Both the position numbers and the translations under genes were made by a program. A DNA stretch of 64,000 nt, from contig JBKPAO010000036.1 of the NCBI GenBank assembly GCA_046726475.1, forward strand, positions 674-64,673. Direction: 5' to 3'. This DNA is from Gemmatimonadota bacterium (lineage in GTDB: Bacteria > Gemmatimonadota > Gemmatimonadetes > Gemmatimonadales > GWC2-71-9). The notes under the pieces were generated by a model. The model worked only from the letters and a program-made list of their open reading frames with translations, had not been told where the DNA came from and did no database searches. Shown in pieces: positions 40,117-49,284 of the stretch (within the stretch, counting starts at the first letter, position 1; each line of letters begins with the position of its first letter).

Positions 40117-40449
40117 GTGCCGAAGGAGGATGAGATGAGGTCGCCGCACGACGCAGAGCGCACCATGACTGCGCCCGAGACGCTCGGCCTGGACACCAGG
40201 GTCGAGATCCGGAAGGCCGCGGTCAAGTTGCTCGAGGAGATGCCGGAGGGAGTCGGACGGCTGGTCATCGATCTCGCCCGCACCCGCCATGTGGACTCGG
40301 CTGGTCTGGGAGCCCTCATGCTCATCCAGCGACGCGCCGCCGAGCGGCGGCAGGTCGTGGTACTACGGAATGCGAGTGAAGAGATCCGCTTCCTGCTGCT
40401 ACTCACCAAGCTGGACGATCTCTTTCAGCTCGAGTCGGCACTGGCGTAA
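40117..40449 (+). CDS. STAS domain protein (anti-sigma-factor antagonist-like)
   Basis: 110 aa with LVIDLARTRHVDSAGLGALMLIQRR...VVVLRNASEEIRFLL, typical of the SpoIIAA/STAS fold. Confidence 0.78.
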   Translation: MPKEDEMRSPHDAERTMTAPETLGLDTRVEIRKAAVKLLEEMPEGVGRLVIDLARTRHVDSAGLGALMLIQRRAAERRQVVVLRNASEEIRFLLLLTKLDDLFQLESALA

Positions 40450-40617
40450 TATGCCAGACCACAGGAGTCTCACCGTCTCCCGCCTTCCCGCTTCCTAGCC
40501 TCCCCTTCCTACAGTCCCGATTCGGCTGGACGGGCCCTCCAGTTTAGGTTAGAGTACCGCAAGTTCAGCTTCCTCCTCTCCCGGTGCCCAGCGCGCCGGC
40601 CCCAGGGGTGTTCAGAT

Positions 40618-40986
40618 ATGGCTAAGGGAAAGCGGCGGCGGCGCGTCTTGATCGTAGAGGACGAGCCGGCGCTCCGATTGAGCTATGAGCGAGCGTTCAA
40701 TCCACGGTACGATCTGATCTTCGCTTCCACCGGCGCCGAGGCCCTGGAGCAACTCGAGCAGCACAAGCCGGATGTTGCCGTCCTGGACATGCGACTTCCC
40801 GACACCGATGGGGTCGACCTGCTGCGCCGCATTCGTCAGAGCCAACCCGAGCTTCCCGTCATCATCACCACCGCCTACATGAGCATCGAGCCTCAGCTCA
40901 AGGTTCTCGACCTTCCCCACTCGGGCTACATCGTCAAACCGTTCCGCCTCGACGAGCTCGGCGCGCGGATCGATGCCGTCTCATGA
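40618..40986 (+). CDS. single-domain response regulator (CheY-like receiver)
   Basis: 122 aa with RVLIVEDEP, phospho-acceptor context DVAVLDMRLPDTDG, and a conserved T/K (ITTAY...KPF). Confidence 0.88.
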   Translation: MAKGKRRRRVLIVEDEPALRLSYERAFNPRYDLIFASTGAEALEQLEQHKPDVAVLDMRLPDTDGVDLLRRIRQSQPELPVIITTAYMSIEPQLKVLDLPHSGYIVKPFRLDELGARIDAVS

Positions 40987-41692
40987 CGGGGGCTCCCTCC
41001 TCGCTGCTCGCGGTCTTTCCCGCTCGTTCGGGCGAGTTCGAGTTCTCCAACAGATAGACCTTTCCCTCCAGCCCGGCGAGGTCCTGGCCGTGCTGGGACC
41101 CAACGGTGCCGGAAAGACTACCCTGTTACGACTCCTTGCCGGCCTCATGCGCCCGAGTGCCGGCGAGGTTCGAGTATTGGGGGAACGACTCAACGGCGTC
41201 TCGGATCGACGCCGGAGCGCCATCGGCTTTCTGTCTCATCAGTCGCTGCTCTACGATGATCTGACGTTGGAGGAGAACCTGGTCTTCGCGGCGCGCCTGC
41301 ACGGCGTGACCCGTCCCCGGGCGGCGGCGACGGCAGCGTTGAGCGCAGCAGGCCTGGCCGAGCGGTCGGCCGAGTTACCCAGGAAATTGAGCCGGGGCTT
41401 GTTGCAACGGGTAGCCATCGCTCGGACGCTGTTGCACTCTCCCCGAATTCTTCTCCTGGATGAGCCTTTCACCGGCCTGGATGCCGTCGCTTCAGAGCGG
41501 CTCCGGACCGAGCTGGGTATGCGAATGGGAGAAGGCGTGGGAGCCGTAGTGGTGACCCATCACCTGTCGGAGATCTGGGATCTTGCTACGCGGGTGGCCG
41601 TGCTGATCGATGGACGCTGGGCGATCGAGGAAGCGAGGACCGGAAGCGTCGATACCTTCCTGACCCGCTACTATGGAATGACCCGTGCTTAG
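40973..41692 (+). CDS. ccmA: heme exporter ATP-binding protein CcmA
   Basis: ABC ATPase with Walker A GPNGAGKTT, signature LSRGLLQRV and Walker B ILLLDEP. Followed directly by ccmB and ccmC. Confidence 0.87.
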   Translation: MPSHDGGSLLAARGLSRSFGRVRVLQQIDLSLQPGEVLAVLGPNGAGKTTLLRLLAGLMRPSAGEVRVLGERLNGVSDRRRSAIGFLSHQSLLYDDLTLEENLVFAARLHGVTRPRAAATAALSAAGLAERSAELPRKLSRGLLQRVAIARTLLHSPRILLLDEPFTGLDAVASERLRTELGMRMGEGVGAVVVTHHLSEIWDLATRVAVLIDGRWAIEEARTGSVDTFLTRYYGMTRA

Positions 41693-42365
41693 GTCCCTCG
41701 AACTCGCGCTGGCCGTGGCCGGCAAAGACATCCGGGCCGAGCTGCGAAGTCGAACTGCGTTGTTGACTGCTCTGGTCTTCGCCGCATTGGTCCTGGTGGT
41801 CTTCATTTTTGCCAGGGACCCGACTGCCCTTGCCGCCACGGCTCTCGCTCCCAGCGTGCTGTGGGTGACCTTCGCGCTCGCCGCGATGGTCGCAATGAAC
41901 CGGGCCTTCACTGTCGAACGGGAGAACGCCGCACTCGATGGGGTCCTGCTTACGCCGATCCCCCGCGAGGCACTCTTTCTCGGTAAGCTCCTCGGCAATC
42001 TGGCATTCGTCGGTGCGGTGGAGCTAGTGACACTGCCGCTGTTCACCTTGTTCTTCAATGTGAGCCTGTGGGGGATACTGCCGGGTCTTCTTGGCGTGAT
42101 GGCGCTGGCGACAATCGGTTTCGTCGCCGTGGGCACCATCTTCAGCGCCATGGCAGTGCGTACCCGATTCGCCGAGCTGCTGCTGCCGGTTCTGCTGCTG
42201 CCGTTCATGGTGCCACCGCTGATCGGCGCGGTGCAGGTTACCTCACGGCTGCTGGCCAACCGTCCATTGAGTGAGATGTTGGGCTGGCTTAGGTTACTCG
42301 CCCTCTATGACATCGTGTTCGTGACGTTGTGCACCCTGGCATTTTCGGCGGTCGTGGACGAGTGA
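41685..42365 (+). CDS. ccmB: heme exporter protein CcmB
   Basis: 226 aa with six hydrophobic segments and CcmB-type motifs (FTVERENAALDGVLLTP, LLLPVLLLPF). Confidence 0.88.
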   Translation: MLRSLELALAVAGKDIRAELRSRTALLTALVFAALVLVVFIFARDPTALAATALAPSVLWVTFALAAMVAMNRAFTVERENAALDGVLLTPIPREALFLGKLLGNLAFVGAVELVTLPLFTLFFNVSLWGILPGLLGVMALATIGFVAVGTIFSAMAVRTRFAELLLPVLLLPFMVPPLIGAVQVTSRLLANRPLSEMLGWLRLLALYDIVFVTLCTLAFSAVVDE

Positions 42366-43072
42366 GCCGATCCAACAGAACAGCAGATCGCGCGGCTAGG
42401 CTGATCCGCCGCGGACTCGGCGTGAGCGCGGCAGGATTCGCTGGCCTCGCGGTAGTATACGTGCTCGCACTGACATATGCTCCAATTGAGGCCCGTCAGG
42501 GCTTGGCTCAGAAGATCTTTTACGTCCACGTCCCGGCCGCCTGGAGCGCACTGCTAGCGTTCTCCCTGGTTGGGATCGCCAGTGCGGCCTATCTCTGGCT
42601 TCAGGATCCTCGGTTGGACCGCTTCGCTGCTGCCTCGGCAGAAGTGGGTGTGGTATTCAGCGGAGTCATGCTCACAACCGGGCCGATCTGGGCCAAACCG
42701 ATCTGGGGTACCTGGTGGACCTGGGATGCGCGGCTGACGCTGACCCTGTTCCTATTTTTCCTTTTTGTCGGGTACCTCGCCCTGCGCGCGGCGGTTCACG
42801 ATCCTGCCGAGCGAGCCCGCTTCAGCGCGGTGGTCGGAATTCTCGGCATGCTCCTGGTCCCCTTCATCCATCTCAGCGTCTATCTCTTCCGTACGCTGCA
42901 TCCCCAGCCGATCGTGCTCAAACCCAGCGCACCCTCGCTTCCGCCAGAGATGCTTCGCACTCTTCTGGTTTCAACCCTGGTGTTTACGGTTTTGTATTTG
43001 GGCTTCGTGACCACCCGCTATGGCCTGGCCCTGGCGCAAGACCTACGGGAAGAGAGTGGGGATGGTACCTGA
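42362..43072 (+). CDS. ccmC: heme exporter protein CcmC
   Basis: The GTG start overlaps the ccmB stop (GTGA). Contains the Trp-rich WWD motif WGTWWTWDARLT. Confidence 0.9.
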   Translation: MSRSNRTADRAARLIRRGLGVSAAGFAGLAVVYVLALTYAPIEARQGLAQKIFYVHVPAAWSALLAFSLVGIASAAYLWLQDPRLDRFAAASAEVGVVFSGVMLTTGPIWAKPIWGTWWTWDARLTLTLFLFFLFVGYLALRAAVHDPAERARFSAVVGILGMLLVPFIHLSVYLFRTLHPQPIVLKPSAPSLPPEMLRTLLVSTLVFTVLYLGFVTTRYGLALAQDLREESGDGT

Positions 43073-43205
43073 GCCACCCAACAACGGCGGATACCTCATC
43101 GCGGCGTATATCGTCGCAGCCGTCATCTTGCTGGGCTACTGGCTGAGGCTTCTGCGATTGGTCCGGAAGGCGCAACTCGGCAATCGTCGAGCTCCCAGCG
43201 CCTGA
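43062..43205 (+). CDS. ccmD: heme exporter protein CcmD
   Basis: 47-aa single-TM peptide (NNGGYLIAAYIVAAVILLGYWLRLLRL) from ATG 43062, overlapping the end of ccmC. Position and size fit CcmD. Confidence 0.7.
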   Translation: MVPEPPNNGGYLIAAYIVAAVILLGYWLRLLRLVRKAQLGNRRAPSA

Positions 43206-43241
43206 GGGTCTGGTTCAACCGAACGACTTAGTCTGAACGAA

Positions 43242-43943
43242 TCAGTCCGACCGACGCCGGCGTGGTGGCGTGCGGGGTATCAGCACGTACTCCCACAGGA
43301 TGGCGGCCAGAAGTGCCCCTGCTATGGGTCCAATCCAATAAACCAGCTGTCCCACCCACGCATTCGCGACGACCGCGGGTCCGAAGGCGCGAGCCGGGTT
43401 CATTGCTGCACCAGTGAGCGGACCACCGACCAGAATATCGAACAACAGCACCAGTCCGATACCGAAGCCACCGACCCGGGGTGCGTCCGGAGATACCGCG
43501 GTGCCGAACACTGCCGAGACCAGGAAGAAGGTCAGCACCAGCTCGATACCGATCGCCTGGCCCAAGGAAACCGAGCTCGCAATCACAGGCACCCCCAGCA
43601 TCGAGGCGTGCACGGCGTGCAGTGGGAGGAGGAGCTTCACCAGGAACGCAGCGATGATCGCCGCAACCAGTTGGGTCAGAATGTAGGCAGCTGCGGATAT
43701 CGGAGCGATTCGGCGGGTAACCAACAGCCCCAGTGTCACGGCCGGGTTGAGATGACCGCCCGAGATCGTCATGGTGGCTGTAATCATGACTGACAGGACT
43801 ACTGCGTGGGCCAGGGCGATGCCGAGAAGACCGATTCCACTATTGGGAAAGCCGCCGTTCACCACGACCACGGCGGCTCCAATGAACACCAGGCCGAAGG
43901 TACCGATCGCCTCGGCGGTCAGGCGACGTGTCAGCGAAGGCAT
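43242..43943 (-). CDS. aqpZ: aquaporin/MIP family channel (AqpZ-like)
   Basis: 233 aa with two NPA boxes (GGHLNPAVT, GAAMNPARAF). Confidence 0.92.
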   Translation of the reverse strand: MPSLTRRLTAEAIGTFGLVFIGAAVVVVNGGFPNSGIGLLGIALAHAVVLSVMITATMTISGGHLNPAVTLGLLVTRRIAPISAAAYILTQLVAAIIAAFLVKLLLPLHAVHASMLGVPVIASSVSLGQAIGIELVLTFFLVSAVFGTAVSPDAPRVGGFGIGLVLLFDILVGGPLTGAAMNPARAFGPAVVANAWVGQLVYWIGPIAGALLAAILWEYVLIPRTPPRRRRSD

Positions 43944-44001
43944 GCGCCAGTCCTTGAATGAGAGGTGCGGCAGCGCCGAATTGCGCGGCGAATTTATGGG
44001 C

Positions 44002-45243
44002 TTACTCGGCTCGCCGAAAGAGGAGGGCGGCGTTAATTCCGCCGAAGCCGAACGAGTTGCTCAGCAGGTAGTCGGGCTGGAGCTCCATACCCTGGTCGGG
44101 GACATGGCGCAGGTCGCAGGCAGGATCGGGTGAATCGAGGTTCACGGTCGGTGGCACCCAACGCCGCCGGCTGGCCAGGGCGCAGATGGCGGCTTCGATC
44201 GCTCCGCTCGCTCCCAGCGCGTGGCCGTAGTACCCCTTGGTGCCACTAAACGCAACACGGTAGGCGTGATCACCGAAGACCTGCTTGATGGAAGAAGTCT
44301 CGGTGGGATCGTTGAGCGGCGTAGAGGAACCGTGGGCGTTGATATAACCAATCTCATGCGGAGCGACGTGGGCCTCGACGAGTGCGTTGCGCATGGCGCG
44401 GGCTGCCTGCTTACCATCGGGCCTGGGCGCGGTCATGTGGTGAGCGTCGTTGGTCAGGCCGAACCCGCATACCTCCGCGTACACCGGCGCGCCACGTGCC
44501 AGGGCACGCTCTCGCTCCTCGAGTACCAGCACCGCCGCGCCTTCCGCCATGACAAAGCCGTCGCGCCCCAGATCGAACGGGCGGCTCGCGTGCCCCGGGT
44601 CGTCGTTACGGGTCGACATCGCCCGGATGATGGCAAACGCCCCGAAACACAGCGGCGCCAGTGGTGCCTCGGCCCCACCGGACACCATGATGTCCGCTTC
44701 ACCTCGGACGATTGCGCGGAAGCCTTCGCCGATGGCGATGGCGCCCGAGGCGCAGCTCATTCCATTAGTCGAGTTCGGGCCGGTGAACCCGAACTCGATC
44801 GCGATGTTGCAGCTGGCTGCTCCTGCGAATACGGTGAGCGCCAATCCCGGATCCACAGCACGGGGGCCTTCCATCAAGAAGTTCCGGTATTGCGCCTCTC
44901 CATGGGCCACACCCCCTAGAGCGGTACCCATGGTCGCACCGATCCGGTCGGGGTCCTCCCGAGCGAAGTCGAGCTCTGCATCAGCCAGCGCCATTCGGGT
45001 TGCAGCGACACTGAACTGCGAAAAACGATCGAGCCGTCTTGCCCTGCGCTCCTCGATGTGGTCGGTCGCGGAAAAGTCGGCCACCTCTCCCGCTATCCGT
45101 GACTTGAACATCGAAGGATCGAAGCGGGTGATGCAGCGGACCGCGGAACGTCGGTCGAGCAACCCCTGCCAGAGTCCCTCGACGCCCAGGCCGATGGGAG
45201 TAATGGCACCAATCCCAGTGATGACGACGCGACGCAGGTTCAT
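44002..45243 (-). CDS. fabF: beta-ketoacyl-ACP synthase II
   Basis: 413 aa with RVVITGIGAITPIG, the active-site Cys in NGMSCASGA, and His residues in INAHGSSTP and GHALGASG. Confidence 0.95.
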   Translation of the reverse strand: MNLRRVVITGIGAITPIGLGVEGLWQGLLDRRSAVRCITRFDPSMFKSRIAGEVADFSATDHIEERRARRLDRFSQFSVAATRMALADAELDFAREDPDRIGATMGTALGGVAHGEAQYRNFLMEGPRAVDPGLALTVFAGAASCNIAIEFGFTGPNSTNGMSCASGAIAIGEGFRAIVRGEADIMVSGGAEAPLAPLCFGAFAIIRAMSTRNDDPGHASRPFDLGRDGFVMAEGAAVLVLEERERALARGAPVYAEVCGFGLTNDAHHMTAPRPDGKQAARAMRNALVEAHVAPHEIGYINAHGSSTPLNDPTETSSIKQVFGDHAYRVAFSGTKGYYGHALGASGAIEAAICALASRRRWVPPTVNLDSPDPACDLRHVPDQGMELQPDYLLSNSFGFGGINAALLFRRAE

Positions 45244-45256
45244 TAGAGCTCCGGAA

Positions 45257-45414
45257 GGGGCGGTCGGTCGGTCAGTCGATCAGTCGGCCGGTGTCCACTA
45301 GCGACGTTCATCTATACTACCATTTCTGGGGCCATATTATTCCGCACCCTTTGGGTAGTTTGCTCCCTGCGTGCCGTTTACCTGACCGCCCGACCGCCCG
45401 ACCGCCTGTCCGCC
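45257..45414. repeat. GGTC/GACC-rich inverted repeat pair flanking the SRPBCC stop and the fabF upstream region
   Basis: GGCGGTCGGTCGGTCAG (45259..45275) against CTGACCGCCCGACCGCC (45382..45398), with 16 of 17 positions complementary. The local units (GGTC, CAGTCG; CCCGACCG) are tandemly reiterated. Confidence 0.45.
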
Positions 45415-45864
45415 AGCCTCCACGTGCCTCGCTATTCCCGCCAACGTCCGCGATGCGATGCCGTGGATGAACACTGGGCCGATGAACCAGTTCGCCGCCG
45501 CGGACCCCACGATCGGCCAGGCCGGCCCATCCCACTCATGCACGATGCTCACATCGGTCTCATCCCCCGAGGGCTGGATCTGCCATACCACATCCATCCC
45601 CCTGGTGATTCCCCGTATGTGGCGATAGTGAATTGCCCCGGCGAGCTGGTCGAGCCACATCTCCGACACCCACCAGGTCGGATACCTGAGCGGACCAAAC
45701 GGTCGCCAGGCAGCCATCTCCACAATCGCTCGATCGCCGGTGCGCTCCAGGACGCGCACCCAGCGATAGTGACTGAGGAGTGCCGGCCAATGTTCGACGT
45801 CTGCGGCTGCCCGGAACACCCGCGCTGGGGATGTTTTCATGCGACGCTGGTCGACGGTGCGCAT
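45337..45864 (-). CDS. SRPBCC (START/polyketide cyclase/COQ10-like) ligand-binding protein
   Basis: 175 aa with SPARVFRAAADVEHWPALLSHYRWVRVLE..., the Polyketide_cyc2-like pattern. Its start overlaps the methyltransferase stop by 1 nt. Confidence 0.78.
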   Translation of the reverse strand: MRTVDQRRMKTSPARVFRAAADVEHWPALLSHYRWVRVLERTGDRAIVEMAAWRPFGPLRYPTWWVSEMWLDQLAGAIHYRHIRGITRGMDVVWQIQPSGDETDVSIVHEWDGPAWPIVGSAAANWFIGPVFIHGIASRTLAGIARHVEAGGQAVGRSGGQVNGTQGANYPKGAE

Positions 45865-46559
45865 CAGCTTCCCGGCAACCAGGTGGCCACCAGGCGGAAT
45901 CCGAGCCGCTGGTGAACTGTTCCGGCTATTCCCGCCCGAGCCATCAGCCCAAGGAGCTCGGACCGGCTGAAGCCTCTCATTATGGAAGTCACTCCATCAT
46001 GGAGGGTGACCCGGTCGAAGCCCAGCAGATGCCCCCCGACCCAGAACGATGAAGCCGCGAGGCGATGCCGGCGGAGGTCTCCCAGGATCACCGCGCGCCG
46101 AGCCAATCGATCGCAGGTCCGAAGGAGGTGAACCACGGAATCGGCGGTCAGATGATGGGCCAGTTGGCTCACGAGCACCACATCGACGCTCTTGTCTCCG
46201 AGCGGGGGGGCTCCGGCACAGCCAACCGCCACGGTGAGTCCCTGTTCCCGAGCCAGACCAGCCGCAGCCCGGCTCAGCTCCAATCCGATCGGAACCATGC
46301 GGAGACCGCGGCGGGTGGCCCACCGCACGGCGACCTGCGGGAGGTCGCCCATGCCAGTACCGAGGTCGAGCAGAGTCAGGGTGGTCCCGGGCGCGATGCC
46401 GGCAAGAGTGCGTTGGAGACCAAAGCGGACCGCCGCGGCTCCCCCAAACCATCGATTCGCCCGGGCGATGTTGCGCAACGATTCGGCGACCACCGCCGGA
46501 TCCGCCGAGGGATCGTCCAGCAGCTCCGCGCCGATGGGGCTGATACCTAAGCCGGCCAC
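45864..46559 (-). CDS. class I SAM-dependent methyltransferase
   Basis: GTG 46559 lies 2 nt after the upstream stop. SAM motif I is LLDLGTGMGDL, followed by an acidic loop and motif II (VDVVLVSQLAHHL). Confidence 0.85.
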   Translation of the reverse strand: MAGLGISPIGAELLDDPSADPAVVAESLRNIARANRWFGGAAAVRFGLQRTLAGIAPGTTLTLLDLGTGMGDLPQVAVRWATRRGLRMVPIGLELSRAAAGLAREQGLTVAVGCAGAPPLGDKSVDVVLVSQLAHHLTADSVVHLLRTCDRLARRAVILGDLRRHRLAASSFWVGGHLLGFDRVTLHDGVTSIMRGFSRSELLGLMARAGIAGTVHQRLGFRLVATWLPGS

Positions 46560-46561
46560 GG

Positions 46562-47044
46562 CTATTCGATGGCGGCGTAGCCGCCGCGGTAGTACAGCAA
46601 GGGCCGTCCCTTGCTGGTGGACCCGCCAGTCACCCGGCCGACCACGATGGTGTGATCGCCGCCGGGATACTCGGCGTACCGTTCGCACTCGATGTGCGCC
46701 AAGGCGCCACCCAGCAGTATCCGGCCATCCGGAGTGAGCTGGTAACCGACGCCGTCGAATCGGTCTTCATGCTCGTCGGCGAAGCGGCGGGCAAGAGTCT
46801 CCTGGGAGCTGGAGAGGACGTTGATCGTAAACTTACTCGCCTGGCTGATCGCTGGGTGCATTGCGGCTTGGTGGTCGATGCACACAGAGATCAGCGGCGG
46901 GTGGAGCGACACCGAGGCCAAGCTGTTTGCAGTCATGCCCAACGGCCGCCCGTCGGGGGTAGCCACCGTGAGCACGGCGACTCCGGTAGCAAACCGTCCC
47001 ATCAACTGCCGAAATTGCGCGGCATCGACCTCCGCAGTGGTCAC
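46562..47044 (-). CDS. flavin reductase family protein (FMN-binding split barrel)
   Basis: 160 aa with FRQLMGRFATGVAVLTV...GMTANSLASVSLHPPLISVC, typical of the flavin reductase-like domain. Confidence 0.87.
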   Translation of the reverse strand: MTTAEVDAAQFRQLMGRFATGVAVLTVATPDGRPLGMTANSLASVSLHPPLISVCIDHQAAMHPAISQASKFTINVLSSSQETLARRFADEHEDRFDGVGYQLTPDGRILLGGALAHIECERYAEYPGGDHTIVVGRVTGGSTSKGRPLLYYRGGYAAIE

Positions 47045-48264
47045 AGAAGCATCCGGGCGAGAAAGATCGGATTCAGCACCTCGCGAGCCGGCACGAAGTC
47101 ACCGGTGACGCCAATCAGCGTATGCGCCATCCCGCGCCGGCGCCCCAGACGAGCGACGGCACGATCGAACAGAGTAGGAAATGCCATCCCGTAGCCGATC
47201 ATTCGCTCAACCAGCCACTTTCCTCCAAAGACACGCCGGCGTCCGCGGCGGTAGGGTACCAAACGGTCCACCGTCAGCGGCCCAGGAACACTCAGCGCGT
47301 CGATGGCGGTCTCCGCCAGCAGCTCGGCACCTCTTAGAGCGCTATAAATCCCCTCGCCCGTAAATGGATCGAAGAAATCGGCGGCATCGCCCACGAGCGC
47401 GGCTCCCGGCGCAATCACCCGGCCAGACCACGCTGCGAACGGTCCCGTGGTGAGTATGGGGCGGACAACCTCGGCACCCGCGAGTCGCCCGGCGACCGGA
47501 GGAAACTCGGCCAGCATCTCGGAGAAGAATTGCTTGACCCGCCCTCCTGCGCGTGCGGCGCTTCGCGCCGGAACGACGAGTGCGACGTTGGTACAGTCGT
47601 CGCCGATGGGGTTGATCCCGACATATCCGGCTCTTCGGACGTGCAGTTCCGCATAGGGCCCGGTCTCCCGTACCCCGGCCATGTGGGCGACGAAGGCTAC
47701 CCTGCGAGGAAACCCGTGAGAGCGGCGGCCAATGCGGCGCGCCACGACCGAGCGTAATCCGTCGGCGCCGACGGTCAGGCGAGCCCGGATTCCCCGGCGC
47801 AGTCCCGCAGCGTCCCGTACCAGCGCACCGGCTACGGCTCCGCCATCGTACAACAGCTCCTCGACGGTCGTGCGTTCCAGAACTCGCGCGCCAGCACGGC
47901 GGGCCGCGCCGACCAGCTCGCTATCGAGGAGTCTTCGTGATAAGGCCAATCCCGTAGGGCGGAACGGCCGCTGACTGGCGCGCTCGAATATTCCGTGCAG
48001 ACGGGCACCTCTGGCGGCGGTCACCGCGGTTCCACGAGGCGCCGCGGCTCCCGCACACTCCAGTGCTTCCACCACACCGAGGCGGCTGAGGACCCGGACG
48101 GTCTCCGGGCTCATGTATTCGGAACAAGCCTTGTCTCGCGGAAAGCCCGCACGGTCGACTGCGGTGACCGAGAGGCCGGTACTGGCAAGGAAGGCGGCAA
48201 GGGCGCTCCCCGCTGGGCCCGCTCCAACAACGAGCACGTCCACGTCCACCGAGTGGTCAGTCAA
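47041..48264 (-). CDS. FAD-dependent oxidoreductase, geranylgeranyl reductase family
   Basis: 407 aa with VDVLVVGAGPAGSALAAFLA (dinucleotide fold), FPRDKACSEYMSP and the GDAADFFDPFTGEGI motif. Confidence 0.85.
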   Translation of the reverse strand: MTDHSVDVDVLVVGAGPAGSALAAFLASTGLSVTAVDRAGFPRDKACSEYMSPETVRVLSRLGVVEALECAGAAAPRGTAVTAARGARLHGIFERASQRPFRPTGLALSRRLLDSELVGAARRAGARVLERTTVEELLYDGGAVAGALVRDAAGLRRGIRARLTVGADGLRSVVARRIGRRSHGFPRRVAFVAHMAGVRETGPYAELHVRRAGYVGINPIGDDCTNVALVVPARSAARAGGRVKQFFSEMLAEFPPVAGRLAGAEVVRPILTTGPFAAWSGRVIAPGAALVGDAADFFDPFTGEGIYSALRGAELLAETAIDALSVPGPLTVDRLVPYRRGRRRVFGGKWLVERMIGYGMAFPTLFDRAVARLGRRRGMAHTLIGVTGDFVPAREVLNPIFLARMLL

Positions 48265-49171
48265 GCCACCACCAAAAAGTCCAGGCCAGCAACGTGGCGA
48301 GAGCTATTGCCATGGCGTTCACGGCGTCGTTGTTGAGCCAGCGGAAGCCTCCCGTCAAACGGGTTGTGGTACCACAGCGATGCCTCCCCCACTCACTCTG
48401 CACATCACACCGGGGACAGTGGAAACGTCCCTGCAGTCTGCCGCCGATGGTAGAGTCCAACAGCATCCCAACGAAACCTATCAGCGTTCCGGCAAGCGCG
48501 AGCGACGGGACACCAGCCGCCCAAGCGCCGGTGAGTGAGACCAGCGCTGCGCCCACGACTGCCCCCCCGGCGCCGAGGGTGGTGACCCCACCACTGGTGC
48601 CAGGTACAACCTGCCGTCTGGTCCAGAGCAGACGAGGTGGCACTGGGCTCAGCGATCCGACGGATGTTGCCCAGGTATCGGCGGCGGCAGCTGCCAGGCT
48701 CGCCGTGACGAGCCAGATCCTGAGAGGGAAGTCGTCCGGTGCGACGACCGCGACCAGTGCCGCCACTCCGCCGTTCGCGAATACCTGCCAGGCGTCGCGG
48801 CGATCCCCTTTGAGATCCAACTCCGGCGCGAATCGTTTGGCGGTGAGCCTCGATATCAGGCTGCTGGAAACGAAAAAGACGGCCAGGACCGCGCCGCCTT
48901 GCCACCCCGTACCCAACAGTATCAAAACCCCGATGATCCACCCGGCGAGAGCTCCCCCGAACGACAGGGTTCCGGCCTGCCACGCTATGCCGGAAACGCC
49001 GGCGCTGACGAGCGCAGCAAGCGGGAACGAGAGCGGAGTCAGGGGTGCTCCACCTCTCCTCGCAGCATTTCCAGAATTCGCGCCCGAAGCTTGTTCGGGC
49101 AGGTCTCTCGCGCAGCGCGAGTCTCCAGCATTATGAGGAAGCTCTGTTCGAATTGAGCGCACTTGAAGCAA
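48257..49171 (-). CDS. DUF92 (COG1836, TMEM19/VTE6 family) integral membrane protein; start uncertain
   Basis: Polytopic, with FFVSSSLISRL...KGDRRDAWQVFANGG, AAADTWATSVG, VPGTSGGVTTLG and a C-terminal CPRC...HRCG ribbon. The longest ORF overlaps the anti-sigma gene, and no clean ATG or GTG lies just downstream of 49039. Confidence 0.78.
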   Translation of the reverse strand: MLQVRSIRTELPHNAGDSRCARDLPEQASGANSGNAARRGGAPLTPLSFPLAALVSAGVSGIAWQAGTLSFGGALAGWIIGVLILLGTGWQGGAVLAVFFVSSSLISRLTAKRFAPELDLKGDRRDAWQVFANGGVAALVAVVAPDDFPLRIWLVTASLAAAAADTWATSVGSLSPVPPRLLWTRRQVVPGTSGGVTTLGAGGAVVGAALVSLTGAWAAGVPSLALAGTLIGFVGMLLDSTIGGRLQGRFHCPRCDVQSEWGRHRCGTTTRLTGGFRWLNNDAVNAMAIALATLLAWTFWWWLD

Positions 49172-49284
49172 TCCCGGCAGTGCTCAAGATGCTGGCGGAT
49201 TTCGACCATGAGCTCGGGGGTCAGCTCCCGCTTGAGGTAGTCATCGAGATGGGCCATTGCCTGGACGCAGTCGACCCCGCTCAT
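49039..49284 (-). CDS. ZAS-type (HxxxCxxC) anti-sigma factor, RsrA-like
   Basis: 81 aa with C...LDDYLKREL...HLEHCRDCFKC...CPNKLRARI. The ATG overlaps the sigma gene stop (ATGA). Confidence 0.82.
   Translation of the reverse strand: MSGVDCVQAMAHLDDYLKRELTPELMVEIRQHLEHCRDCFKCAQFEQSFLIMLETRAARETCPNKLRARILEMLRGEVEHP

Noticed and set aside
40440-40460. Sigma54-like string CTGGCGTAATATGCCAG upstream of the receiver/ccm genes.
   Set aside because: The GG-to-GC spacing is 10 rather than 12 nt and no TTGC element is present. It is simply a 5-bp hairpin following the STAS gene stop.
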